Source: the human T2T-CHM13v2.0 reference genome, Homo sapiens. From it: a stretch of DNA of 64,000 nucleotides. A model generated the notes under the pieces. The model did no database searches. It saw only the letters and a list, made by a program, of their open reading frames with translations, and had not been told where the DNA came from. Below, in pieces: positions 1 to 13,300 of the stretch; position 1 is the first letter of the stretch; each line of letters starts with the position of its first letter. The position numbers and the translations under genes were made by a program. The stretch lies in NCBI RefSeq assembly GCF_009914755.1, contig NC_060938.1. The stretch is one strand, 5' to 3'.

Positions 1-156
1 CCATAGAGCTGAAAGCTGTCCTAATGTTCACTTCCAGATACTACAGAAAGAGTGTTTCAAAACTGCTGTACGAAAGGGAATGTTCAACTCTGTGACTTGA
101 ATGCACACATCACAAAGAAGTTTCTGAGGATGCTGCTGGCTACTTTTTATACGTAA

Positions 157-173
157 TCCCGTTTCCAACGAAA
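157..173 (-). other. CENP-B box 1 of the HOR (in the short monomer; repeated in every HOR)
   Basis: + strand tcccgtttccaacgaaa is the reverse complement of TTTCGTTGGAAACGGGA and matches the core NTTCGNNNNANNCGGGN. Confidence 0.95.
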
Positions 174-498
174 TCCTCCAAGCTATCCAAATATCCACTT
201 GCAGATTCCACAGAAAGACTGTTTCAAAACTGCTCTGTCAATAGAAAGGTTCAACTCTGTTAGCTGCGTGCATATATCCCAAAGAAGATTCTGAGATTGC
301 TTCTGTCTAGTTTTTATGGGAAGATATTTCCCTTTTCACCGTAGTTGTCAAGGCGCTCCAAATGTCCACTTCCAGATACTACAAAAAGAGTGTTTCAAAC
401 CTACTCTGTGAAAGGGAATATTCAACTCTGTGACTTGAATGCACATATCACAAAGAAGTTTCTGAGAATGCTTCTGTCGAGATTTTATATGAAGATAT

Positions 499-515
499 TC
501 CCGTTTCCAACGAAA
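499..515 (-). other. CENP-B box 2 of the HOR
   Basis: tcccgtttccaacgaaa, core intact, 342 bp after box 1. Confidence 0.95.
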
Positions 516-840
516 TCCTGAAATGTATCCAAATATCCCCTCGCAGATTCTACAAAAAGAGTGTTTCAAAACTGCTCTGTGAAAAGAAAGGTTCAACTCT
601 GTTAGTTGAGTACACACATCACAAACAAGTTTCACACAATGCTTCTTTCTAGCTTGTAGGGGAAGATATTCCCTTTATCACCATGGGCCTCCAACCGTCC
701 GAAACATCCACTTCCATATACTACAAAAAGAGCGTTTCAAACCTGCTGTATGAAAGGCAATGTTCAACTCTGTGACTTGAATGCAGACATCACAGAGCAG
801 TTTCTGAGAATGCTTCTGTCTAGATTTTATAGGAAGATAT

Positions 841-857
841 TCCCGTTTCCAACGAAA
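841..857 (-). other. CENP-B box 3 of the HOR
   Basis: tcccgtttccaacgaaa, core intact. Confidence 0.95.
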
Positions 858-1182
858 TCTTCACAGCTATCCAAATATCCACTTGCAGATTCTACAAAAA
901 GAGTGTATCAAATCTGCTCTGTCAAAAGGAAGGTTCTTCTCTGTTAGGTGAGTGCATACGTCATAAAGGAGTTTCTGAGAATGTTTCTGTCTAGTGGTTA
1001 TGGGAAGATATTTGCTTTTTCCCCGTAGGCCTCAGAGCGCTCCAAATATCCACTTGCACATACTACAAAAAGAGTGCCTCAAAGCTGCTCTCTGAAACGG
1101 AAATTTCAACTCTATGAGTTGAATGCAAACATCACAAAGACGTTTCTGAGAATGCTTCTGTCTAGATTTGATATGAAGATAT

Positions 1183-1199
1183 TCCCGTTTCCAACGAAA
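1183..1199 (-). other. CENP-B box 4 of the HOR
   Basis: tcccgtttccaacgaaa, core intact; the next box is at 1521 (338 bp on). Confidence 0.95.
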
Positions 1200-1353
1200 T
1201 CTTCAAATCTATCCAAATGTCCACTTGCAGATTCAACAAAAAGTGTTTTTCAGAACTGCTCTATCAAAAGAAAGATCCACCTCTGTTAGCTGAGTTCACA
1301 CATCACAAACAAGTTTATGAGAATGCTTCTGTCTAGTTTTTATTTGAAGATAT

Positions 1354-1370
1354 TTCCTTTCTCACCATAG
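1354..1370 (+). other. pJalpha (A-box) motif in an A-type monomer, representative
   Basis: ttcctttctcaccatag has 1 mismatch to TTCCTTTTYCACCRTAG. The other A monomers carry ttcccttttcaccgtag, ttgctttttcaccgtag and a more degenerate ttccctttatcaccatgg at the equivalent position. Confidence 0.75.
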
Positions 1371-4300
1371 ACCTGAAAGCTGTCCTAAAGTTCACTTCCA
1401 GTTACTACAGAAAGAGTGTTTCAAAACTGCTGTACGAAAGGGAATGTTCAACTCTGTGACTTGAATGCACACATCACAAAGAAGTTTCTGAGGATGCTGC
1501 TGTCTACTTTTTATACGTAATCCCGTTTCCAACGAAATCCTCCAAGCTATCCAAATATCCACTTGCAGATTCCACAGAAAGACTGTTTCAAAACTGCTCT
1601 GCTAATAGAAAGGTTCAACTCTGTTAGCTGCGTGCATATATCCCAAAGAAGATTCTGAGATTGCTTCTGTCTAGTTTTTATGGGAAGATATTTCCCTTTT
1701 CACCGTAGGCGTCAAGGCGCTCCAAATGTCCACTTCCAGATACTACAAAAAGAGTGTTTCAAACCTACTCTGTGAAAGGGAATATTCAACTCTGTGACGT
1801 GAATGCACATATCACAAAGAAGTTTCTGAGAATGCTTCTGTCGAGATTTTATATGAAGATATTCCCGTTTCCAACGAAATCCTGAAATCTATCCAAATAT
1901 CCCCTCGCAGATTCTACAAAAAGAGTGTTTCAAAACTGCTCTGTGAAAAGAAAGGTTCAACTCTGTTAGTTGAGTACACACATCACAAACAAGTTTCACA
2001 GAATGCTTCTTTCTAGCTTGTAGGGGAAGATATTCCCTTTATCACCATGGGCCTCCAACCGTCCGAAACATCCACTTCCATATACTACAAAAAGAGCGTT
2101 TCAAACCTGCTCTATGAAAGGCAATGTTCAACTCTGTGACTTGAATGCAGACATCACAGAGCAGTTTCTGAGAATGCTTCTGTCTAGATTTTATAGGAAG
2201 ATATTCCCGTTTCCAACGAAATCTTCACAGCTATCCAAATATCCACTTGCAGATTCTACAAAAAGAGTGTATCAAAACTGCTCTGTCAAAAGGAAGGTTC
2301 TTCTCTGTTAGGTGAGTGCATACGTCATAAAGGAGTTTCTGAGAATGTTTCTGTCTAGTGGTTATGGGAAGATATTTGCTTTTTCACCGTAGGCCTCAGA
2401 GCGCTCCAAATATCCACTTGCACATACTACAAAAAGAGTGCCTCAAAGCTGCTCTCTGAAACGGAATGTTCAACTCTATGAGTTGAATGCAAACATCGCA
2501 AAGACGTTTCTGAGAATGCTTCTGTCTAGATTTGATATGAAGATATTCCCGTTTCCAACGAAATCTTCAAATCTATCCAAATGTCCACTTGCAGATTCAA
2601 CAAAAAGTGTTTTTCAGAACTGCTCTATCAAAAGAAAGATCCACCTCTGTTAGCTGAGTTCAGACATCACAAACAAGTTTATGAGAATGCTTCTGTCTAG
2701 TTTTTATTTGAAGATATTTCCTTTCTCACCATAGACCTGAAAGCTGTCCTAATGTTCACTTCCAGTTACTACAGAAAGAGTGTTTCAAAACTGCTGTACG
2801 AAAGGGAATGTTCAACTCTGTGACTTGAATGCACACATCACAAAGAAGTTTCTGAGGATGCTGCTGTCTACTTTTTATACTTAATCCCGTTTCCAACGAA
2901 ATCCTCCAAGCTATCCAAATATCCACTTGCAGATTCCACAGAAAGACTGTTTCAAAACTGCTCTGTCAATAGAAAGGTTCAACTCTGTTAGCTGCGTGCA
3001 TATATCCCAAAGAAGATTCTGAGATTGCTTCTGTCTAGTTTTTATGGGAAGATATTTCCCTTTTCACCGTAGGCGTCAAGGCGCTCCAAATGTCCACTTC
3101 CAGATACTACAAAAAGAGTGTTTCAAACCTACTCTGTGAAAGGGAATATTCAACTCTGTGACTTGAATGCACATATCACAAGGAAGTTTCTGAGAATGCT
3201 TCTGTCGAGATTTTATATGAAGATATTCCCGTTTCCAACGAAATCCTGAAATGTATCCAAATATCCCCTCGCAGATTCTACAAAAAGAGTGTTTCAAAAC
3301 TGCTCTGTAAAAAGAAAGGTTCAACTCTGTTAGTTGAGTACACACATCACAAACAAGTTTCACAGAATGCTTCTTTCTAGCTTGTAGGGGAAGATTCCCC
3401 TTTATCACCATGGTCCTCAAACCGTCCGAAATGTCCACTTCCATATACTACAAAAAGAGCGTTTCAAACCTGCTGTATGAAAGGCAATGTTCAACTCTGT
3501 GACTTGAATGCAGACATCACAGAGCAGTTTCTGAGAATGCTTCTGTCTAGATTTTATAGGAAGATATTCCCGTTTCCAACGAAATCTTCACAGCTATCCA
3601 AATATCCACTTGCAGATTCTATAAAAAGAGTGTATCAAAACTGCTCTGTCAAAAGGAAGGTTCTTCTCTGTTAGGTGAGTGCATACGTCATAAAGGAGTT
3701 TCTGAGAATGTTTCTGTCTAGTGGTTATGGGAAGATATTTGCTTTTTCACCGTAGGCCTCAGAGCGCTCCAAATATCCACTTGCACATACTACAAAAAGA
3801 GTGCCTCAAACTGCTCTCTGAAACGGAATGTTCAACTCTATGAGTTGAATGCAAACATCGCAAAGACGTTTCTGAGAATGCTTCTGTCTAGATTTGATAT
3901 GAAGATATTCCCGTTTCCAACGAAATCTTCAAATCTATCCAAATGTCCACTTGCAGATTCAACAAAAAGTGTTTTTCAGAACTGCTCTATCAAAAGAAAG
4001 ATCCACCTCTGTTAGCTGAGTTCACACATCACAAACAAGTTTATGAGAATGCTTCTGTCTAGTTTTTATTTGAAGATATTTCCTTTCTCACCATAGAGCT
4101 GAAAGCTGTCCTAATGTTCACTTCCAGATACTACAGAAAGAGTGTTTCAAAACTGCTGTACGAAAGGGAATGTTCAACTCTGTGACTTGAATGCACACAT
4201 CACAAAGAAGTTTCTGAGGATGCTGCTGTCTACTTTTTATACGTAATCCCGTTTCCAACGAAATCCTCCAAGCTATCCAAATATCCACTTGCAGATTCCA

Positions 4301-7300
4301 CAGAAAGACTGTTTCAAAACGGCTCTGTCAATAGAAAGGTTCAACTCTGTTAGCTGCGTGCATATATCCCAAAGAAGATTCTGAGATTGCTTCTGTCTAG
4401 TTTTTATGGGAAGATATTTCCCTTTTCACCGTAGGTGTCAAGGCGCTCCAAATGTCCACTTCCAGATACTACAAAAAGAGTGTTTCAAACCTACTCTGTG
4501 AAAGGGAATATTCAACTCTGTGACTTGAATGCACATATCACAAGGAAGTTTCTGAGAATGCTTCTGTCGAGATTTTATATGAAGATATTCCCGTTTCCAA
4601 CGAAATGCTGAAATGTATCCAAATATCCCCTCGCAGATTCTACAAAAAGAGTGTTTCAAAACTGCTCTGTGAAAAGAAAGGTTCAACTCTGTTAGTTGAG
4701 TACACACATCACAAACAAGTTTCACAGAATGCTTCTTTCTAGCTTGTAGGGGAAGATATTCCCTTTATCACCATGGGCCTCCAACCGTCCGAAACATCCA
4801 CTTCCATATACTACAAAAAGAGCGTTTCAAACCTGCTCTATGAAAGGCAATGTTCAACTCTGTGACTTGAATGCAGACATCACAGAGCAGTTTCTGAGAA
4901 TGCTTCTGTCTAGATTTTATAGGAAGATATTCCCGTTTCCAATGAAATCTTCACAGCTATCCAAATATCCACTTGCAGATTCTACAAAAAGAGTGTATCA
5001 AAACTGCTCTGTCAAAAGGAAGGTTCTTTTCTGTTAGGTGAGTGCATACGTCATAAAGGAGTTTCTGAGAATGTTTCTGTCTAGTGGTTATGGGAAGATA
5101 TTTGCTTTTTCACCGTAGGCCTCAGAGCGCTCCAAATATCCACTTGCACATACTACAAAAAGAGTGCCTCAAAGCTGCTCTCTGAAACGGAATGTTCAAC
5201 TCTATGAGTTGAATGCAAACATCGCAAAGACGTTTCTGAGAATGCTTCTGTCTAGATTTGATATGAAGATATTCCCGTTTCCAACGAAATCTTCAAATCT
5301 ATCCAAATGTCCACTTGCAGATTCAACAAAAAGTGTTTTTCAGAACTGCTCTATCAAAAGAAAGATCCACCTCTGTTAGCTGAGTTCAGACATCACAAAC
5401 AAGTTTATGAGAATGCTTCTGTCTAGTTTTTATTTGAAGATATTTCCTTTCTCACCATAGACCTGAAAGCTGTCCTAATGTTCACTTCCAGTTACTACAG
5501 AAAGAGTGTTTCAAAACTGCTGTACGAAAGGGAATGTTCAACTCTGTGACTTGAATGCACACATCACAAAGAAGTTTCTGAGGATGCTGCTGTCTACTTT
5601 TTATACTTAATCCCGTTTCCAACGAAATCCTCCAAGCTATCCAAATATCCACTTGCAGATTCCACAGAAAGACTGTTTCAAAACTGCTCTGTCAATAGAA
5701 AGGTTCAACTCTGTTAGCTGCGTGCATATATCCCAAAGAAGATTCTGAGATTGCTTCTGTCTAGTTTTTATGGGAAGATATTTCCCTTTTCACCGTAGGC
5801 GTCAAGGCGCTCCAAATGTCCACTTCCAGATACTACAAAAAGAGTGTTTCAAACCTACTCTGTGAAAGGGAATATTCAACTCTGTGACTTGAATGCACAT
5901 ATCACAAGGAAGTTTCTGAGAATGCTTCTGTCGAGATTTTATATGAAGATATTCCCGTTTCCAACGAAATCCTGAAATGTATCCAAATATCCCCTCGCAG
6001 ATTCTACAAAAAGAGTGTTTCAAAACTGCTCTGTAAAAAGAAAGGTTCAACTCTGTTAGTTGAGTACACACATCACAAACAAGTTTCACAGAATGCTTCT
6101 TTCTAGCTTGTAGGGGAAGATATTCCCTTTATCACCATGGGCCTCCAACCGTCCGAAACATCCACTTCCATATACTACAAAAAGAGCGTTTCAAACCTGC
6201 TCTATGAAAGGCAATGTTCAACTCTGTGACTTGAATGCAGACATCACAGAGCAGTTTCTGAGAATGCTTCTGTCTAGATTTTATAGGAAGATATTCCCGT
6301 TTCCAACGAAATCTTCACAGCTATCCAAATATCCACTTGCAGATTCTATAAAAAGAGTGTATCAAATCTGCTCTGTCAAAAGGAAGGTTCTTCTCTGTTA
6401 GGTGAGTGCATACGTCATAAAGGAGTTTCTGAGAATGTTTCTGTCTAGTGGTTATGGGAAGATATTTGCTTTTTCACCGTAGGCCTCAGAGCGCTCCAAA
6501 TATCCACTTGCACATACTACAAAAAGAGTGCTTCAAAGCTGTTCTCTGAAACGGAATGTTCAACTCTATGAGTTGAATGCAAACATCACAAAGACGTTTC
6601 TGAGAATGCTTCTGTCTAGATTTGATATGAAGATATTCCCGTTTCCAACGAAATCTTCAAATCTATCCAAATGTCCACTTGCAGATTCAACAAAAAGTGT
6701 TTTTCAGAACTGCTCTATCAAAAGAAAGATCCACCTCTGTTAGCTGAGTTCACACATCACAAACAAGTTTATGAGAATGCTTCTGTCTAGTTTTTATTTG
6801 AAGATATTTCCTTTCTCACCATAGAGCTGAAAGCTGTCCTAATGTTCACTTCCAGATACTACAGAAAGAGTGTTTCAAAACTGCTGTACGAAAGGGAATG
6901 TTCAACTCTGTGACTTGAATGCACACATCACAAAGAAGTTTCTGAGGATGCTGCTGTCTACTTTTTATACGTAATCCCGTTTCCAACGAAATCCTCCAAG
7001 CTATCCAAATATCCACTTGCAAATTCCACAGAAAGACTGTTTCAAAACTGCTCTGTCAATAGAAAGGTTCAACTCTGTTAGCTGCGTGCATATATCCCAA
7101 AGAAGATTCTGAGATTGCTTCTGTCTAGTTTTTATGGGAAGATATTTCCCTTTTCACCGTAGGCGTCAAGGCGCTCCAAATGTCCACTTCCAGATACTAC
7201 AAAAAGAGTGTTTCAAACCTACTCTGTGAAAGGGAATATTCAACTCTGTGACTTGAATGCACATATCACAAAGAAGTTTCTGAGAATGCTTCTGTCGAGA

Positions 7301-10300
7301 TTTTATATGAAGATATTCCCGTTTCCAACGAAATCCTGAAATGTATCCAAATATCCCCTCGCAGATTCTACAAAAAGAGTGTTTCAAAACTGCTCTGTAA
7401 AAAGAAAGGTTCAACTCTGTTAGTTGAGTACACACATCACAAACAAGTTTCACAGAATGCTTCTTTCTAGCTTGTAGGGGAAGATTCCCCTTTATCACCA
7501 TGGTCCTCAAACCGTCCGAAAAGTCCACTTCCATATACTACAAAAAGAGCGTTTCAAACCTGCTGTATGAAAGGCAATGTTCAACTCTGTGACTTGAATG
7601 CAGACATCACAGAGCAGTTTCTGAGAATGCTTCTGTCTAGATTTTATAGGAAGATATTCCCGTTTCCAACGAAATCTTCACAGCTATCCAAATATCCACT
7701 TGCAGATTCTACAAAAAGAGTGTATCAAAACTGCTCTGTCAAAAGGAAGGTTCTTTTCTGTTAGGTGAGTGCATACGTCATAAAGGAGTTTCTGAGAATG
7801 TTTCTGTCTAGTGGTTATGGGAAGATATTTGCTTTTTCACCGTAGGCCTCAGAGCGCTCCAAATATCCACTTGCACATACTAAAAAAAGAGTGCCTCAAA
7901 CTGCTCTCTGAAACGGAATGTTCAACTCTATGAGTTGAATGCAAACATCGCAAAGACGTTTCTGAGTATGCTTCTGTCTAGATTTGATATGAAGATATTC
8001 CCGTTTCCAACGAAATCTTCAAATCTATCCAAATGTCCACTTGCAGATTCAACAAAAAGTGTTTTTCAGAACTGCTCTATCAAAAGAAAGATCCACCTCT
8101 GTTAGCTGAGTTCACACATCACAAACAAGTTTATGAGAATGCTTCTGTCTAGTTTTTATTTGAAGATATTTCCTTTCTCACCATAGAGCTGAAAGCTGTC
8201 CTAATGTTCACTTCCAGATACTACAGAAAGAGTGTTTCAAAACTGCTGTACGAAAGGGAATGTTCAACTCTGTGACTTGAATGCACACATCACAAAGAAG
8301 TTTCTGAGGATGCTGCTGTCTACTTTTTATACGTAATCCCGTTTCCAACGAAATCCTCCAAGCTATCCAAATATCCACTTGCAGATTCCACAGAAAGACT
8401 GTTTCAAAACTGGTCTGTCAATAGAAAGGTTCAACTCTGTTAGCTGCGTGCATATATCCCAAAGAAGATTCTGAGATTGCTTCTGTCTAGTTTTTATGGG
8501 AAGATATTTCCCTTTTCACCGTAGGCGTCAAGGCGCTCCAAATGTCCACTTCCAGATACTACAAAAAGAGTGTTTCAAACCTACTCTGTGAAAGGGAATA
8601 TTCAACTCTGTGACTTGAATGCACATATCACAAAGAAGTTTCTGAGAATGATTCTGTCGAGATTTTATATGAAGATATTCCCGTTTCCAACGAAATCCTG
8701 AAATCTATCCAAATATCCCCTCGCAGATTCTACAAAAAGAGTGTTTCAAAACTGCTCTGTGAAAAGAAAGGTTCAACTCTGTTAGTTGAGTACACACATC
8801 ACAAACAAGTTTCACAGAATGCTTCTTTCTAGCTTGTAGGGGAAGATATTCCCTTTATCACCATGGGCCTCCAACCGTCCGAAACATCCACTTCCATATA
8901 CTACAAAAAGAGCGTTTCAAACCTGCTCTATGAAAGGCAATGTTCAACTCTGTGACTTGAATGCAGACATCACAGAGCAGTTTCTGAGAATGCTTCTGTC
9001 TAGATTTTATAGGAAGATGTTCCCGTTTCCAACGAAATCTTCACAGCTATCCAAATATCCACTTGCAGATTCTACAAAAAGAGTGTATCAAAACTGCTCT
9101 GTCAAAAGGAAGGTTCTTCTCTGTTAGGTGAGTGCATACGTCATAAAGGAGTTTCTGAGAATGTTTCTGTCTAGTGGTTATGGGAAGATATTTGCTTTTT
9201 CACCGTAGGCCTCAGAGCGCTCCAAATATCCACTTGCACATACTACAAAAAGAGTGCTTCAAAGCTGCTCTCTGAAACGGAATGTTCAACTCTATGAGTT
9301 GAATGCAAACATCACAAAGACGTTTCTGAGAATGCTTCTGTCTAGATTTGATATGGAGATATTCCCGTTTCCAACGAAATCTTCAAATCTATCCAAATGT
9401 CCACTTGCAGATTCAACAAAAAGTGTTTTTCAGAACTGCTCTATCAAAAGAAAGATCCACCTCTGTTAGCTGAGTTCACACATCACAAACAAGTTTATGA
9501 GAATGCTTCTGTCTAGTTTTTATTTGAAGATATTTCCTTTCTCACCATAGAGCTGAAAGCTGTCCTAATGTTCACTTCCAGATACTACAGAAAGAGTGTT
9601 TCAAAACTGCTGTACGAAAGGGAATGTTCAACTCTGTGACTTGAATGCACACATCACAAAGAAGTTTCTGAGGATGCTGCTGTCTACTTTTTATACGTAA
9701 TCCCGTTTCCAACGAAATCCTCCAAGCTATCCAAATATCCACTTGCAGATTCCACAGAAAGACTGTTTCAAAACTGCTCTGTCAATAGAAAGGTTCAACT
9801 CTGTTAGCTGCGTGCATATATCCCAAAGAAGATTCTGAGATTGCTTCTGTCTAGTTTTTATGGGAAGATATTTCCCTTTTCACCGTAGGCGTCAAGGCGC
9901 TCCAAATGTCCACTTCCAGATACTACAAAAAGAGTGTTTCAAACCTACTCTGTGAAAGGGAATATTCAACTCTGTGACTTGAATGCACATATCACAAGGA
10001 AGTTTCTGAGAATGCTTCTGTCGAGATTTTATATGAAGATATTCCCGTTTCCAACGAAATCCTGAAATGTATCCAAATATCCCCTCGCAGATTCTACAAA
10101 AAGAGTGTTTCAAAACTGCTCTGTGAAAAGAAAGGTTCAACTCTGTTAGTTGAGTACACACATCACAAACAAGTTTCACAGAATGCTTCTTTCTAGCTTG
10201 TAGGGGAAGATATTCCCTTTATCACCATGGGCCTCCAACCGTCCGAAACATCCACTTCCATATACTACAAAAAGAGCGTTTCAAACCTGCTCTATGAAAG

Positions 10301-13300
10301 GCAATGTTCAACTCTGTGACTTGAATGCAGACATCACAGAGCAGTTTCTGAGAATGCTTCTGTCTAGATTTTATAGGAAGATATTCCCGTTTCCAACGAA
10401 ATCTTCACAGCTATCCAAATATCCACTTGCAGATTCTACAAAAAGAGTGTATCAAAACTGCTCTGTCAAAAGGAAGGTTCTTTTCTGTTAGGTGAGTGCA
10501 TACGTCATAAAGGAGTTTCTGAGAATGTTTCTGTCTAGTGGTTATGGGAAGATATTTGCTTTTTCACCGTAGGCCTCAGAGCGCTCCAAATATCCACTTG
10601 CACATACTACAAAAAGAGTGCCTCAAAGCTGCTCTCTGAAACGGAATGTTCAACTCTATGAGTTGAATGCAAACATCGCAAAGACGTTTCTGAGAATGCT
10701 TCTGTCTAGATTTGATATGAAGATATTCCCGTTTCCAACGAAATCTTCAAATCTATCCAAATGTCCACTTGCAGATTCAACAAAAAGTGTTTTTCAGAAC
10801 TGCTCTATCAAAAGAAAGATCCACCTCTGTTAGCTGAGTTCACACATCACAAACAAGTTTATGAGAATGCTTCTGTCTAGTTTTTATTTGAAGATATTTC
10901 CTTTCTCACCATAGAGCTGAAAGCTGTCCTAATGTTCACTTCCAGATACTACAGAAAGAGTGTTTCAAAACTGCTGTACGAAAGGGAATGTTCAACTCTG
11001 TGACTTGAATGCACACATCACAAAGAAGTTTCTGAGGATGCTGCTGTCTACTTTTTATACGTAATCCCGTTTCCAACGAAATCCTCCAAGCTATCCAAAT
11101 ATCCACTTGCAGATTCCACAGAAAGACTGTTTCAAAACTGCTCTGTCAATAGAAAGGTTCAACTCCGTTAGCTGCGTGCATATATCCCAAAGAGGATTCT
11201 GAGATTGCTTCTGTCTAGTTTTTATGGGAAGATATTTCCCTTTTCACCGTAGGCGTCAAGGCGCTCCAAATGTCCACTTCCAGATACTACAAAAAGAGTG
11301 TTTCAAACCTACTCTGTGAAAGGGAATATTCAACTCTGTGACTTGAATGCACATATCACAAGGAAGTTTCTGAGAATGCTTCTGTCGAGATTTTATATGA
11401 AGATATTCCCGTTTCCAACGAAATCCTGAAATCTATCCAAATATCCCCTCGCAGATTCTACAAAAAGAGTGTTTCAAAACTGCTCTGTGAAAAGAAAGGT
11501 TCAACTCTGTTAGTTGAGTACACACATCACAAACAAGTTTCACAGAATGCTTCTTTCTAGCTTGTAGGGGAAGATATTCCCTTTATCACCATGGGCCTCC
11601 AACGGTCCGAAACATCCACTTCCATATACTACAAAAAGAGCGTTTCAAACCTGCTCTATGAAAGGCAATGTTCAACTCTGTGACTTGAATGCAGACATCA
11701 CAGAGCAGTTTCTGAGAATGCTTCTGTCTAGATTTTATAGGAAGATATTCCCGTTTCCAACGAAATCTTCACAGCTATCCAAATATCCACTTGCAGATTC
11801 TACAAAAAGAGTGTATCAAAACTGCTCTGTCAAAAGGAAGGTTCTTTTCTGTTAGGTGAGTGCATACGTCATAAAGGAGTTTCTGAGAATGTTTCTGTCT
11901 AGTGGTTATGGGAAGATATTTGCTTTTTCACCGTAGGCCTCAGAGCGCTCCAAATATCCACTTGCACATACTACAAAAAGAGTGCCTCAAAGCTGCTCTC
12001 TGAAACGGAATGTTCAACTCTATGAGTTGAATGCAAACATCGCAAAGACGTTTCTGAGAATGCTTCTGTCTAGATTTGATATGAAGATATTCCCGTTTCC
12101 AACGAAATCTTCAAATCTATCCAAATGTCCACTTGCAGATTCAACAAAAAGTGTTTTTCAGAACTGCTCTATCAAAAGAAAGATCCACCTCTGTTAGCTG
12201 AGTTCACACATCACAAACAAGTTTATGAGAATGCTTCTGTCTAGTTTTTATTTGAAGATATTTCCTTTCTCACCATAGAGCTGAAAGCTGTCCTAATGTT
12301 CACTTCCAGATACTACAGAAAGAGTGCTTCAAAACTGCTGTACGAAAGGGAAGGTTCAACTCTGTGACTTGAATGCACACATCACAAAGAAGTTTCTGAG
12401 GATGCTGCTGTCTACTTTTTATACGTAATCCCGTTTCCAACGAAATCCTCCAAGCTATCCAAATATCCACTTGCAGATTCCACAGAAAGACTGTTTCAAA
12501 ACGGCTCTGTCAATAGAAAGGTTCAACTCTGTTAGCTGCGTGCATATATCCCAAAGAAGATTCTGAGATTGCTTCTGTCTAGTTTTTATGGGAAGATATT
12601 TCCCTTTTCACCGTAGGTGTCAAGGCGCTCCAAATGTCCACTTCCAGATACTACAAAAAGAGTGTTTCAAACCTACTCTGTGAAAGGGAATATTCAACTC
12701 TGTGACTTGAATGCACATATCACAAGGAAGTTTCTGAGAATGCTTCTGTCGAGATTTTATATGAAGATATTCCCGTTTCCAACGAAATGCTGAAATGTAT
12801 CCAAATATCCCCTCGCAGATTCTACAAAAAGAGTGTTTCAAAACTGCTCTGTAAAAAGAAAGGTTCAACTCTGTTAGTTGAGTACACACATCACAAACAA
12901 GTTTCACAGAATGCTTCTTTCTAGCTTGTAGGGGAAGATATTCCCTTTATCACCATGGGCCTCCAACCGTCCGAAACATCCACTTCCATATACTACAAAA
13001 AGAGCGTTTCAAACCTGCTCTATGAAAGGCAATGTTCAACTCTGTGACTTGAATGCAGACATCACAGAGCAGTTTCTGAGAATGCTTCTGTCTAGATTTT
13101 ATAGGAAGATATTCCAGTTTCCAACGAAATCTTCACAGCTATCCAAATATCCACTTGCAGATTCTACAAAAAGAGTGTATCAAAACTGCTCTGTCAAAAG
13201 GAAGGTTCTTCTCTGTTAGGTGAGTGCATACGTCATAAAGGAGTTTCTGAGAATGTTTCTGTCTAGTGGTTATCGGAAGATATTTGCTTTTTCACCGTAG

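Larger units (their letters stand above)
1..1364 (-). repeat. Representative canonical 8-mer HOR unit (arbitrary phase)
   Basis: ccatagag/cctgaaagctgtcc starts at 1 and again at 1365. CENP-B box spacing is 342+342+342+338=1364, i.e. four dimers, one carrying a ~4-bp-short monomer (tttttatacgtaatcccg versus ttttatatgaagatattcccg). Confidence 0.95.
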
